64,000 nucleotides of DNA, taken from contig JAQUMH010000002.1 in NCBI GenBank assembly GCA_028718185.1, positions 4,088 to 68,087 on the forward strand, read 5' to 3'. The position numbers and the translations under genes are program-made. The notes beneath the pieces are model-generated. The model searched no databases, was not told the origin of the DNA, and saw only the letters and a program-made list of their open reading frames with translations. Within the stretch, counting starts at the first letter, position 1, and each line of letters begins with the position of its first letter. This DNA comes from Elusimicrobiota bacterium. Its GTDB lineage: Bacteria; Elusimicrobiota; UBA8919. Shown in pieces: positions 9,537-19,520 of the stretch.

Positions 9537-10670
9537 TTATTTTACAAGACTCTCATAGAGTTTTTTTGTTTTTTGAGCAATATATTCCCAGGAAAAATAT
9601 TTTTCAACACGTGCTCGCCCGTTTTCGCTGAATTTATTTCTTAATTTTTCATCTTTTAAAAGTCTATTAACAGCATCCGCTATTTGTTTTGAATTTTTCG
9701 GCTCGACCAGAATACCTGTTTCCTCCGGCATAACAACTTCTAAAATCCCGCCTGTTGCAGCAGCGACTACAGGTGTTTTACATGCCATAGCTTCAAGATT
9801 AATTATTCCAAACGGCTCATAAATTGAAGGACAAACAAAAACTTTTGCTGAACTATATAACTGAATATATTCTTCTTCTTTAAGTAATTTATGAATCCAA
9901 ACAATATTCTTTTTCTTTTCAACTTTTTTCGTCATTTGTTCTTCATAATCCTTAGTATCAGCACCATAAGCACCGAAAACAATCTGGACGGGAATGTCGT
10001 CGGCAGCATCAATTAAATATTCCATTCCTTTCTGAGGCGTAGGCCTGCCTACAAAAAGTATATAATCATCTGCTATACCATATTCTTTTTTCAATGACGG
10101 GCTCAAAGGTGTATATTTCCACTTATTCAAGTCAACCCCGTTATGAATAACCTCAATCTTGTCAGGAGAAATAGTAAAATACTTAAGTATATCCTGTTTC
10201 ATTAAACCTGAAACACCAATAATTTTATCTGCTGATTCTATACATATTTTTTCAATCCAGGCACTCAATTGATATCCTCTGCCTAACTGGTCTTCTTTCC
10301 AAGGCCTAAGGGGCTCTAACGAATGACAGGTTGCAACGAACGGAATGTTATATAATATTTTGGCAAGAAGTCCGCCAAAATGCCCATACCATGTATGTGT
10401 ATGAACAACATCGGAATTAATATCCTCTAAAACGGAAATAAGATTTGTAGACATTGTTTCAAGAGTAGGTGAGAACTTTTTACCTTTTAATTTTTCCCAA
10501 CCCTTATAGCCGATTGCTTTCAGTGTTTTTTCATCAATTTTCTGGTCTCCAAAACACCTTACTTCAACTTCCATTATTTTTGAAAGTTCCTGTGCCAAAT
10601 ACCTTAAGTGAACTCCTGCCCCTCCATAAACATATGGAGGATACTCTTTTGCCATCATTGTTACTTTCAT
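9537..10670 (-). CDS. glgM: GT4 glycosyltransferase, alpha-maltose-1-phosphate synthase GlgM-like
   Basis: The N-terminus MKVTMMAKEYPPYVYGGAGVHLRYLAQELSK and the block HTHTWYGHFGGLLAKILYNIPFVATCHSLEPLRPWKEDQLGRGYQLSAWIEK closely parallel mycobacterial GlgM (Rv1212c) as I recall it. Adjacent to glgE. Confidence 0.7.
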   Translation of the reverse strand: MKVTMMAKEYPPYVYGGAGVHLRYLAQELSKIMEVEVRCFGDQKIDEKTLKAIGYKGWEKLKGKKFSPTLETMSTNLISVLEDINSDVVHTHTWYGHFGGLLAKILYNIPFVATCHSLEPLRPWKEDQLGRGYQLSAWIEKICIESADKIIGVSGLMKQDILKYFTISPDKIEVIHNGVDLNKWKYTPLSPSLKKEYGIADDYILFVGRPTPQKGMEYLIDAADDIPVQIVFGAYGADTKDYEEQMTKKVEKKKNIVWIHKLLKEEEYIQLYSSAKVFVCPSIYEPFGIINLEAMACKTPVVAAATGGILEVVMPEETGILVEPKNSKQIADAVNRLLKDEKLRNKFSENGRARVEKYFSWEYIAQKTKKLYESLVK

Positions 10671-10764
10671 TATTATACGCTCCTATTTTAATCAAGATAT
10701 AACTATTTTAATGAATTAAACAAAAAATATTTTTTTATCTTCAAAAAACATCATAATTCACCCC

Positions 10765-10830
10765 TCATCTTTCATCTTCTCCCCTGTGGGGAGAAGAAAG
10801 AGTTGAGGGGTATGATTTTTTTATGTTTTG
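10765..10830. terminator. bidirectional rho-independent terminator (long perfect stem-loop flanked by T/A runs) downstream of glgE
   Basis: acccctcatctttcatcttctcccc tgt ggggagaagaaagagttgaggggt followed by atgatttttttatg. The reverse complement is likewise followed by a T-run. Confidence 0.6.
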
Positions 10831-10832
10831 AA

Positions 10833-12737
10833 TTAATGTCCAGGTGCTGTTATATAAGCATGAATAATTGACTGGAACTCATATTTTCTTGCTTCTATAT
10901 TTATCGTGTTAGCATAATTTTCATCAAAAGTTTCACCGGTATAAACTCGCCATAAAATTTCGTTATTAAAAAATTCTGCTAATTCTCTTCTCGCATAGAC
11001 ATCATTGTGTTTTGTAACCTTTTCCCGTAACTCAAAGAATTTTTTTGAATGTTGTACTGCAAGTTCGTTTTGAGGTTCATTTTTTGTGGCGCGCCAAGGG
11101 CGCGCTACTACACGAAATATATAAACAGGTTCTTTGTGGGGTTCAAGACGAACATAATTTTCTCTGCCATGCCATACATACTTCTTACCGGTAATCAATT
11201 CTTCTACAATATAATCCGTATCTGATGAAATACCAAACTCTTCAACAGGTACGGTCACTCTTGCATTCTGAATTTCAAAAGGATTAACATTTACCGCAAT
11301 TAGAATTATATTGTCTCCATATTTTTTTCCATAGAAAAATATATTGTCATTAATGGAATTGTAAATTCTTAAATTATCGTATTGTTGCAATGCAGGATTA
11401 GAGTTCCGTATTTCGTTGATTTTAGCTATATAATCTTTTATGTTTCCCTGTTTATTCCAATCCCAAACCTTATACTGGTATTTTTCCGAGTCGGCATAAG
11501 TTTCGGTTCTGGGAAAAGCATTTCCATCGCAAAGTTCATAACCGCTATAAATACCATACACTGAAGAAAGCGTGGAAGCGAGCGCGACTCTCATTTTGAA
11601 AGCAGGCTGTCCTCCCGACTGAATTATCGGCGGGCATATATCAGGAGTGTTGGTAAAATAATTTGCCCGTAAAAAATCCTTTAAATAAAAATTTGTTAAT
11701 TTTAAGACATATTCTATCAATTCATTTTTCCCGTTCCGCCAGGTAAAATATGTGTATGATTGTGAAAAACCTACTTTTGCAAGTTCTTCAAGCTTCTCAT
11801 AATTTGTGAATGCTTCCGCTAAAAATACGGTATCAGGATATTCTTTTTTTATATCACGTATGACCCACCCCCAAAACTCTGTCGGCTTTGTATGAGGATT
11901 ATCAACACGAAAATGGGTGACACCCTGTTTCCTCCAAAACACAAAAATTGATTTCATCTCCTGCCACATCATATCTTTGTTCGGCGGATAAAAATTTAAC
12001 GGATATATATCTTCATATTTTTTTGGCGGGTTTTCAGCATAGGCGATTGTTCCATCAGGTCTTTTGTGAAACCACTCAGGATGTTCTTTAACATATGGGT
12101 GGTCGGGAGAACACTGTAACGCAATATCAAGTGCGATTTCAATCCCAACTTTATTGGCTTCCTTTACGAAATGTTTAAAATCCTCAACTGTTCCAAGTTC
12201 CGGCTCCACAGACTTGTGACCACCCTGCTCGTTACCAATAGCCCACGGGCAACCGGGATCATTTGGTCCGGCATTTAACGAATTATTAGGTCCTTTGCGA
12301 TGAGACCTGCCTATAGGGTGAATAGGCGGTAAATATATAACGTCAAATCCCATTTTTTTGATATCAGTTAACCGATTTTCGCAGTCAGTGAATGTCGCAC
12401 TTTTCCCGGGTTGAATACCTTGTGAACGTGGAAACATTTCATACCAAGCTGCAAAACGTGCGTATTTTTTTTCAACCATAACTTCTAATATTTTACTGTA
12501 ACCGGCAATTGTATATTGATAAAAACCCGGTGTTATCGGAGTAAATGATGCAGTATATTTTACACCCTCTTTAAGCATTAAAATCTCTTTCCATTTTTTT
12601 TCTGATATTCTTTTGTATCTTAAAACAGGATGCTCATCGCCTTCAATTTCACAAGAAACAATAAACCCCCTGTCAACCTCAGTTTTAACAGGATACAACC
12701 CACCTTCTATTTCCGGATACACATTTTTAATAATCAT
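10833..12737 (-). CDS. glgE: alpha-1,4-glucan:maltose-1-phosphate maltosyltransferase GlgE (GH13_3)
   Basis: 634 aa. The N-terminus MIIKNVYPEIEGGLYPVKTEVDRGF... is typical of the GlgE N-domain. GH13 catalytic blocks include FRVDNPHTKP and DIALQCSPDHPYVKEHPEWF. Confidence 0.8.
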   Translation of the reverse strand: MIIKNVYPEIEGGLYPVKTEVDRGFIVSCEIEGDEHPVLRYKRISEKKWKEILMLKEGVKYTASFTPITPGFYQYTIAGYSKILEVMVEKKYARFAAWYEMFPRSQGIQPGKSATFTDCENRLTDIKKMGFDVIYLPPIHPIGRSHRKGPNNSLNAGPNDPGCPWAIGNEQGGHKSVEPELGTVEDFKHFVKEANKVGIEIALDIALQCSPDHPYVKEHPEWFHKRPDGTIAYAENPPKKYEDIYPLNFYPPNKDMMWQEMKSIFVFWRKQGVTHFRVDNPHTKPTEFWGWVIRDIKKEYPDTVFLAEAFTNYEKLEELAKVGFSQSYTYFTWRNGKNELIEYVLKLTNFYLKDFLRANYFTNTPDICPPIIQSGGQPAFKMRVALASTLSSVYGIYSGYELCDGNAFPRTETYADSEKYQYKVWDWNKQGNIKDYIAKINEIRNSNPALQQYDNLRIYNSINDNIFFYGKKYGDNIILIAVNVNPFEIQNARVTVPVEEFGISSDTDYIVEELITGKKYVWHGRENYVRLEPHKEPVYIFRVVARPWRATKNEPQNELAVQHSKKFFELREKVTKHNDVYARRELAEFFNNEILWRVYTGETFDENYANTINIEARKYEFQSIIHAYITAPGH

Positions 12738-12795
12738 AAATATAAACCTCTTAACATTGCATTAATATCGCAAGTAAGCAAGAAATTTTCGCACA

Positions 12796-12922
12796 ACCTA
12801 ATCACAGAGCGAGGGAGTTGTTGAGCAGAACTTCACGGAGTTCCGCTTAAAACATTCAGCGGAACGAGTGAGAGTGCCAGCACAAGCTGGACACGGTTCT
12901 GCGAAACAAGCTCCCGAGCGCA
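12796..12922. repeat. about 125-nt conserved hairpin-rich element, copy 1 (between galT stop and glgE start)
   Basis: About 90% identical to 42781-42911. The shared core is agttgttgagcagaacttcacggagttccgcttaaaacattcagcggaacgagtgagagtgcc. It includes the stem gttccgc/gcggaac, a variable hairpin and the 3' sequence acggttctgYgaaacaagctcccga. Confidence 0.7.
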
Positions 12923-12953
12923 AATCAAGAAAATTTGCTTGCGAACGTTTTTT

Positions 12954-13952
12954 TTAAGTTTCTCTCAAAAATTTTGCTGCTTCTTCCGGCGGTGTCGGAT
13001 TTATATAAAAACCTGTTCCCCATTCAAATCCGGCAACTTTTGTTAATCGCGGCATCATCTCTAAATGCCAGTGATAGTATAGCGATTTTCCGCTACGGCA
13101 AGGTGAATTATGTATGACAAAATTATAAGGCGGGTCTTCTAACGTTCTGTTCATTCGCCCATTAATATCCCTTAAAATCATAGCAAGATTTACAACTTCG
13201 TGTTTTTGCAAATCCTCAAATACTGATGAATGAACTTTTGGAAGTATCCATGTTTCAAAAGGAAATCTTGACGCAAAAGGTGTAATACAAATAAAATCTG
13301 CGTTTTCAGATACAATTCTTACATTTGCTTCTGTCTCTTCCCTTATAATATCACAAAAAACACATCTTTCTTTATATTCATAATAGTTTCTGCTACCCAC
13401 CAATTCCTGCTTAACTCTTACCGGAACAGTCGGCATAGCAATAATCTGTGAATGTGGATGCACAAGCGAAGCACCGGCAGCAGCCCCGTGATTTTTAAAA
13501 ACTAAAATATACTCAAAACGTATGTCTTTTTTCAAATCAAGTGTCCTGTCACGCCATGCCCATATAATTTCTTCAACATCCTTATTTTCTATATCTGAAA
13601 ATGCGGCATTATGTTTAGGTGTTTCTATAACAACTTCATGAGCACCTATCCCATCCATAAAATCAAACATACCCTCACCGCGCCTGCCAAGATTTCCTTC
13701 TACCCTTAAAACAGGATATTTATTAGGAACAACCCTGACCCACCAGCCCTTTTCGTCTTTTCTGGTCCCGGGTTCTCTAAAAGATAAAATTTCGGGAGGT
13801 GTTTTACTCTCATTCCCCAAACAAAAAGGACACCCGCCGTTACTAGTCAAAGAATCTTCGTGAATTTTTTCAACATCCGGCTGAACTTTTCCCCGTTCAG
13901 TTGTAATAATTACCCACCTGCCAATAACCGGGTCTCTTCTTAATTCAGGCAT
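12954..13952 (-). CDS. galT: galactose-1-phosphate uridylyltransferase family (GalT/HIT-like nucleotidyl transferase)
   Basis: Starts MPELRRDPVIGRWVIITTERG. Zinc knuckle CPFC. HPHSQI (H-x-H-x-Q) active-site motif. 332 aa. Confidence 0.7.
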   Translation of the reverse strand: MPELRRDPVIGRWVIITTERGKVQPDVEKIHEDSLTSNGGCPFCLGNESKTPPEILSFREPGTRKDEKGWWVRVVPNKYPVLRVEGNLGRRGEGMFDFMDGIGAHEVVIETPKHNAAFSDIENKDVEEIIWAWRDRTLDLKKDIRFEYILVFKNHGAAAGASLVHPHSQIIAMPTVPVRVKQELVGSRNYYEYKERCVFCDIIREETEANVRIVSENADFICITPFASRFPFETWILPKVHSSVFEDLQKHEVVNLAMILRDINGRMNRTLEDPPYNFVIHNSPCRSGKSLYYHWHLEMMPRLTKVAGFEWGTGFYINPTPPEEAAKFLRET

Positions 13953-14063
13953 CTTTTTCTCCTATTGTAATTGTTAAAAATCAAACAATTCTAATCTGTG
14001 TAATCTCACTTTTAACCTGCCTACCGTCAGGCAGGTCTGTGTAATCATAGTTTTTGTGTCTCT

Positions 14064-14996
14064 TCAACAAAAACTAAGTTTTCCAGGGGTTGAATATTTA
14101 CAAAACCCGCAGTTTTCCAAATACTTCATTGAATTTTTCAGCTCGCCTTTTGTTGCTGTTGAATATACTTCAGCAACAAGAATTGTTTCTTTTTGTATAA
14201 ATTCTGATATTTCATTAAAATTAACTTCTCCGGTTCCCGGCGCTTTGTGGTCACGAACACCTGAAACATCATGCAAATGCATACCAATAAGCCGGCTAGA
14301 AAACATTCTTAGAAAATCAATGTGGTTTTTTACAATACCCTGCTTCTCGGCAACAACTGAATGTCCGACATCATACCACAAACCGAGATAATTCGTGTCA
14401 AACTTGCCGAGAATAACCGCATATTCCTCAAACGAAGGTATCTCATCCGCTATTAAACGATTTTCAATTCCTATTTTAACATTTTTTTTTACAGCATAAT
14501 TTAAAATTTCGTCAAGCGACTTCAAAACATTATCCAGGAATAATTTTGATTTTATCTTTCTTTCACGCAAAAACATTTTCAACGTTTTACTATATTCACC
14601 GCTGCCTTTTGTATCTTTATATTTTTTTGCTAAAAGCCCCCCGGATAACTCCATTTCAACTTCACCTGAATGAACAACAACTGCATTTGCACCAGTATTA
14701 CAGGCAATATCTATCGTCTTTTTTGTAAGTTCTACTGCTTTATCCCTTTCTTCTTTGTTAATTGCAGAAATATGATATGCATTGCAAAGAACCCTATCTT
14801 TTGGAACAAAATCAAGCTTGGGACAAAAGTTATGCACTGAAACGACTTTTAGATTTCCAGTTATATAATTAATAAAATCTTCAGGAACTTCTACACTTAA
14901 TTCTACAGAACAAAACCCAAGCGACTTTATTTTATTAACGAGTAGTACCGGATCTTTATATTTTGAAATGTTATATACCGTTGAAAGAGCTATCAT
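14064..14996 (-). CDS. sugar phosphate isomerase/epimerase (xylose-isomerase-like TIM barrel)
   Basis: 310 aa with an alternating beta/alpha pattern and conserved acidic/His residues (HDVGH, MHLHD) typical of the AP-endonuclease-2/xylose isomerase-like fold. Confidence 0.5.
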   Translation of the reverse strand: MIALSTVYNISKYKDPVLLVNKIKSLGFCSVELSVEVPEDFINYITGNLKVVSVHNFCPKLDFVPKDRVLCNAYHISAINKEERDKAVELTKKTIDIACNTGANAVVVHSGEVEMELSGGLLAKKYKDTKGSGEYSKTLKMFLRERKIKSKLFLDNVLKSLDEILNYAVKKNVKIGIENRLIADEIPSFEEYAVILGKFDTNYLGLWYDVGHSVVAEKQGIVKNHIDFLRMFSSRLIGMHLHDVSGVRDHKAPGTGEVNFNEISEFIQKETILVAEVYSTATKGELKNSMKYLENCGFCKYSTPGKLSFC

Positions 14997-15028
14997 AATG
15001 TCTCAGGTTCTGAATTCTTTTCATGCCA

Positions 15029-17020
15029 CTATCTGCCTTCCTGCTGTTGTTTCTGATAAAGTTCTATTAACGGCTGAGAAACAATAGAAGGTGCTTCTTC
15101 ATAGTGTGAAAACTTCATTTTAAAACTCCCGGCACCCTTTGTAATTGAACGCAAATCCGTAGCATAACTTGAAACTTCCGATAACGGGGCAGTTGCTATT
15201 ACTTTCTGTTTTTTACCAAGTCTATCCATACCCATAACCCTTCCTCTTCTTGCATTTAAATCACCCATAACTGCACCCATATAGTCATCAGGAATTACAA
15301 CCTCTAATTCAGCAATCGGCTCTAAAATAACAGGTTTTGCTTCCGTTACACCCTTTTTAAGCGCCATACTTCCGGCAATTTTAAAAGCCATATCTGACGA
15401 GTCAACTTCATGATAACTGCCATCGTACAACGTGACACGCATGTCGGTTACAGGATAACCGGCAACAACTCCCTGCTCCATCGATTCTTTTACGCCTTTT
15501 TCAACTGCCGGAATATAATTTCTGGGTATTCTGCCTTCACGAATGGCATTTACAAATTCAAATCCTTTTCCCCTTTCCATCGCCTCAACCTTAAGCCAGC
15601 AATCACCATATTGTCCCCGCCCGCCTGTTTGCCTTTTATATTTCCCCTGGACTTCTTTAGTCCCTTTAATTGTTTCTCTATAAGCAACTCTGGGCGGTTT
15701 AAGTTCAACATCTATTCCATATCTTTCTTTTACCCGTGCAATTGCAATTTCTATATGAAGTGCTCCCAACCCGGATAGAATCAATTCTTTAGTCTCTTTG
15801 TTATAGTATGACTTGATTGTAGGATCTTCACGCATCATTGATTGAAGTGCTGATGCAACTTTTTCTTCTTCACCTTTTGATTTAGGGAATACTGCTTTAC
15901 TGATACTCGGTTCCGGAAAAATTATAGTTTTAATCTTACTTATAGCCGATTCAGTCGCAGCAGTTACTGTTGCACGCGACTCATCACAAAGAATATCGTT
16001 TGTCTGAGTTTCCTTCAACTTTACCGAAACTATTATATCACCGGCTTCTGCTTCTGATATTTCCGTTTTCTTCTTACCCAACAATGTACATAACGTTCCC
16101 AATCTTTCTGTAGTACGGCGGTTGGCATTTTTAAGGTCCTGACCTTGTACAACTTTCCCCGAATATATTCTAAGGAAAGAAAGACTTCCCGTCTGCGGTT
16201 CAATAACACTTTTAAAAACTAGTGCTAACGCCTTGTCATAACCGGATATAATTTCCCCCTGCGGTAAAAAATCAGTTATGAAATTTGCAATCAAATCACA
16301 ACCAACATTTTTAGTTGCACTCCCGCACAAAACAGGAATTACAGTCTTTGCCTTAATACCTTTTTTTAGTCCTGAAAACAATTCATCTTTTGAAATTTCT
16401 TTACCTTCAAGGTATTTTTCAATAAGAACATCATCACTGGAAGATACAGCTTCAACATATTTTTCTTTATAGCTGTTAAATTCAGCAGGAACCGTATCGC
16501 TAATCAAAGAAATTACCTTAGAAAAACTTGAACTGGTACCATCCGGTAAAAAAACAGGTATTGTTAAGCCACTAAATTCTTTTAACTGTTTTACAGTCTT
16601 TGCAAAATCCACATTTTCTTTGTCCAATTTATTAATAAAAATTACTTTGGGTTTGTCGCAATTTTCCCAGAGATATTCAAATGTTGCATCAATATCTGTC
16701 GCGGCATCTAATACAAAAATTACCGAATCCGCTACACTAATAGCAGAAATCGCCTCACCGATAAAGTCAGAGTATCCCGGTGTATCCAGAATATTTATTT
16801 TTACACCGTTATTCTCAAACGACATTAGTGAAGTATAAATAGAGGATATTCTTGAAATTTCGTCAGGATTATAATCACTTGTAGTATTTCCTTCCTCCAC
16901 TTTCCCCAACCGGTTCGTTATCTTGGCATTAAACAAAATCGCCTCAACTAAAGATGTTTTTCCCGCTCCGCCGCTTCCTACAATCGCCACGTTCCTGATT
17001 TTTTCTTTAGCATAATTCAT
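15029..17020 (-). CDS. elongation factor G family GTPase (EF-G paralog)
   Basis: G1 motif VAIVGSGGAGKTSLVEAILF, DTPG, and the NKLD G4 motif. The 663-aa length and domain order match EF-G. Confidence 0.75.
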   Translation of the reverse strand: MNYAKEKIRNVAIVGSGGAGKTSLVEAILFNAKITNRLGKVEEGNTTSDYNPDEISRISSIYTSLMSFENNGVKINILDTPGYSDFIGEAISAISVADSVIFVLDAATDIDATFEYLWENCDKPKVIFINKLDKENVDFAKTVKQLKEFSGLTIPVFLPDGTSSSFSKVISLISDTVPAEFNSYKEKYVEAVSSSDDVLIEKYLEGKEISKDELFSGLKKGIKAKTVIPVLCGSATKNVGCDLIANFITDFLPQGEIISGYDKALALVFKSVIEPQTGSLSFLRIYSGKVVQGQDLKNANRRTTERLGTLCTLLGKKKTEISEAEAGDIIVSVKLKETQTNDILCDESRATVTAATESAISKIKTIIFPEPSISKAVFPKSKGEEEKVASALQSMMREDPTIKSYYNKETKELILSGLGALHIEIAIARVKERYGIDVELKPPRVAYRETIKGTKEVQGKYKRQTGGRGQYGDCWLKVEAMERGKGFEFVNAIREGRIPRNYIPAVEKGVKESMEQGVVAGYPVTDMRVTLYDGSYHEVDSSDMAFKIAGSMALKKGVTEAKPVILEPIAELEVVIPDDYMGAVMGDLNARRGRVMGMDRLGKKQKVIATAPLSEVSSYATDLRSITKGAGSFKMKFSHYEEAPSIVSQPLIELYQKQQQEGR

Positions 17021-17544
17021 TTTTGCTCCTCTTCAACATTTAGTTCTTCAAGAGACGGAAGTTCTTCTGTTGATTTTAAACCAAAATAAATTAAAAATTG
17101 TTGGGTTGTCCCATATAGAAATGGAGTCCCTATTGTGTCCTTCTTACCGCTGATTCTAGCAAGATTTTTCTCGACAAGACTTTTTAAAACAGCACTTACT
17201 TCAACTCCCCGTATCTGTTCTATTTCCGCGCGTGTAATCGGCTGTCTATAAGCAACAATTGCAAGTGTTTCAAGTGCTGATGTAGAAAGCTTTAAGGTTA
17301 TCTCTTCTTTGTAAAGTTTTCTTATAGAAGGTGCATATTCTCTTTTAGTCGAAAATTGCCATCCTCCCGCTATTTCCACTATATAGAAAGGTGATTGCCT
17401 GGATTCATACTCTTCGGATAGCTCCTGAATTGTTTTTTTTATTTCGTCTTCAGATTTTACACCTGTTATTGAAGCAATCGTTTCAATTTTCATCGGTCCC
17501 TGTGACACAAACAAAAGCACTTCTATTGTTTTTTTTAGTTCCAT
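17017..17544 (-). CDS. scpB: segregation and condensation protein B
   Basis: 175 aa. N-terminus IEVLLFVSQGPMKIETIASITG and an overall winged-helix ScpB pattern. 4-bp overlap with the EF-G-like gene. Confidence 0.8.
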   Translation of the reverse strand: MELKKTIEVLLFVSQGPMKIETIASITGVKSEDEIKKTIQELSEEYESRQSPFYIVEIAGGWQFSTKREYAPSIRKLYKEEITLKLSTSALETLAIVAYRQPITRAEIEQIRGVEVSAVLKSLVEKNLARISGKKDTIGTPFLYGTTQQFLIYFGLKSTEELPSLEELNVEEEQK

Positions 17545-17567
17545 ATTGAGATTTTTTTCAACTCCAT

Positions 17568-18293
17568 TTATAATTTTTGTGAATCACTTTGCTCGTTAAC
17601 CTTCCGATAAACCCTGATTTCGCTAAAATGATTATTCTGCCTTACATATAACTGCCCGATTTTTATCAACTCAAGCATTGCTAAAAATGTAACTATGATA
17701 GATACACGGGTTTCATCCTTTGCAAAAAGCGAATAGAACGAAACAAAACTTTTACCCTCTAAAAGTGAAAGTATCACTCTTATCTTTTGCTCAATCGTAT
17801 ATTCATCCTTTATTATTTCTTTTGATGATTTTTTTGCTTTTGCCAAAACACTTTTAAAAGCATCTATTAAATCAAAGAGCGTTACCTCTACACCGAAATC
17901 CTCATCAATAAATTCAGGCGTCACCTTGCGATAAAAAGAATCCTTTTGATTTTCAAGATTATTTCGAAGCTTATTTGCCGCTTCTTTATATTTTTTATAT
18001 TCCAACAAACGTTTAACAAGTTCATCACGCGGGTCATTGAATTCATCTTCCTCTTCATCGTCATGCGTTGGTAAAAGCATTTTTGATTTTATCCTCATAA
18101 GTGTTGAAGCCATAATCAAAAAATCGCCAACGCTATCCAGGTTTAATTGTTTTATGATATCCAAGTATAAAATATATTCGGATGTAATTTTAGATATCGG
18201 AATATCGTAGATATCTAAATTATCCTTTTGTATAAGGTGAAGCAGAAGGTCCATCGGTCCTTCGAAAATTTCTAATTTTATTCCATATTCCAT
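17568..18293 (-). CDS. scpA: segregation and condensation protein A
   Basis: The N-terminus LEIFEGPMDLLLHLIQKDNLDIYDIPISKIT is the ScpA signature. 241 aa. Confidence 0.8.
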   Translation of the reverse strand: MEYGIKLEIFEGPMDLLLHLIQKDNLDIYDIPISKITSEYILYLDIIKQLNLDSVGDFLIMASTLMRIKSKMLLPTHDDEEEDEFNDPRDELVKRLLEYKKYKEAANKLRNNLENQKDSFYRKVTPEFIDEDFGVEVTLFDLIDAFKSVLAKAKKSSKEIIKDEYTIEQKIRVILSLLEGKSFVSFYSLFAKDETRVSIIVTFLAMLELIKIGQLYVRQNNHFSEIRVYRKVNEQSDSQKL

Positions 18294-19264
18294 AGTTTCA
18301 ACGCTTTTTTAATTTCTAAAATTGTTTGTGATGCAGCATTTTTTGCTTTAAGATTTCCATCTTTAAGTATTTGATTAATTAAATTAATATCTTTTCTAAT
18401 CTCTTTTTGTTTTTTATGAATTGGTTCTAATGATTTTATTATCTCAGTTGCAAGTGACTGTTTGCACTTAACGCATCCGATTTTTCCATTTTTGCACATT
18501 TCCTCAATTTCTTTAAGGTTTTTAGAATAAATTTCACAAAGTGCAAAAATTGGGCATATATCAGGATGTCCTTTATCGGTCGGGTGAATTCTTGCGGGGT
18601 CTGTTATATAGGTCATGACTTTTTTTGAGATTGTATCAGGAGTATCTGAAATATAAATACAATTATTCAGTGATTTTGACATCTTTCTACCGTCATTACC
18701 TGGTATTCTTGGTGTCTTGGTGAGAATCGCCTGCGGTTCAACCAATATATTTCCATAGAGTAAATTAAATTTTCTTGCGATTTCCCTTGTTAATTCCAGA
18801 TGAGGTAGTTGGTCTTCACCTACGGGAACTTTATCGGCTTTGTAAATTAAAATATCAGCCGCTTGAAGCACCGGATATCCCAAAAAACCATATGTACAAA
18901 GATCCCGAGTTTTTATTTCCTTGAGTTGTTCTTTATAGGTTGGACATCGTTCTAGCCATGGAAGCGGAGTAATCATTGATAGAATCAAATGTAATTCTGC
19001 GTGTTCTTGAATTTGGGATTGAACAAAAAACGTTGATTTTGACGGGTCAAGTCCGACAGCTAACCAGTCAACTACCATATCAACTGAATATTGTTTTATT
19101 TTATCTGTGTTTTCATATTCAGTTGTCAAAGCATGCCAGTCGGCAACAAAATAAAAACAATCATAATTTTTCTGAAGCTCAACCCAATTTGAAAGCGCAC
19201 CATGCAAATGACCAAGATGCAGTCTCCCAGAAGGTCTCATCCCCGACAATACTCTCTGTTTCAT
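18278..19264 (-). CDS. trpS: tryptophan--tRNA ligase
   Basis: Class I HIGH motif (GRLHLGHLHGAL) and KMSKS motif. 328 aa. Confidence 0.85.
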   Translation of the reverse strand: MKQRVLSGMRPSGRLHLGHLHGALSNWVELQKNYDCFYFVADWHALTTEYENTDKIKQYSVDMVVDWLAVGLDPSKSTFFVQSQIQEHAELHLILSMITPLPWLERCPTYKEQLKEIKTRDLCTYGFLGYPVLQAADILIYKADKVPVGEDQLPHLELTREIARKFNLLYGNILVEPQAILTKTPRIPGNDGRKMSKSLNNCIYISDTPDTISKKVMTYITDPARIHPTDKGHPDICPIFALCEIYSKNLKEIEEMCKNGKIGCVKCKQSLATEIIKSLEPIHKKQKEIRKDINLINQILKDGNLKAKNAASQTILEIKKALKLWNME

Positions 19265-19289
19265 ATATAATCCAGTCTGTTACAAGTTA

Positions 19290-19500
19290 GGCAAAGCTTC
19301 GCTTTGCAGCTACAAACCAATTGATATTGTAGCCGCAGAGCGTTAGCTCTGCTAAATCATTGAAATCCTTATACTCGAGTTAACGCCGACCAAGGTCGGC
19401 AACTACATCATCATTGTAGTGGCAGAGCTTGCTCTGCCTGCATCTTTAATATTCTTACAAATATTTTAAATTTTGTCCCGCTCCAGTTCCGCGCCTGCCT
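19290..19500. repeat. mosaic of 4 or more short palindromic modules in the trpS-M50 intergenic region
   Basis: gcaaagcttcgctttgc; gcagagcgttagctctgc; gccgaccaaggtcggcaactaca; cattgtagtggcagagcttgctctgcc; gcctgccggcaggt. Each module has relatives elsewhere in the window (11095, 14015, 42700, 44012, 44200, 60880). Confidence 0.6.
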
Positions 19501-19520
19501 GCCTGCCGGCAGGTTCCTTA

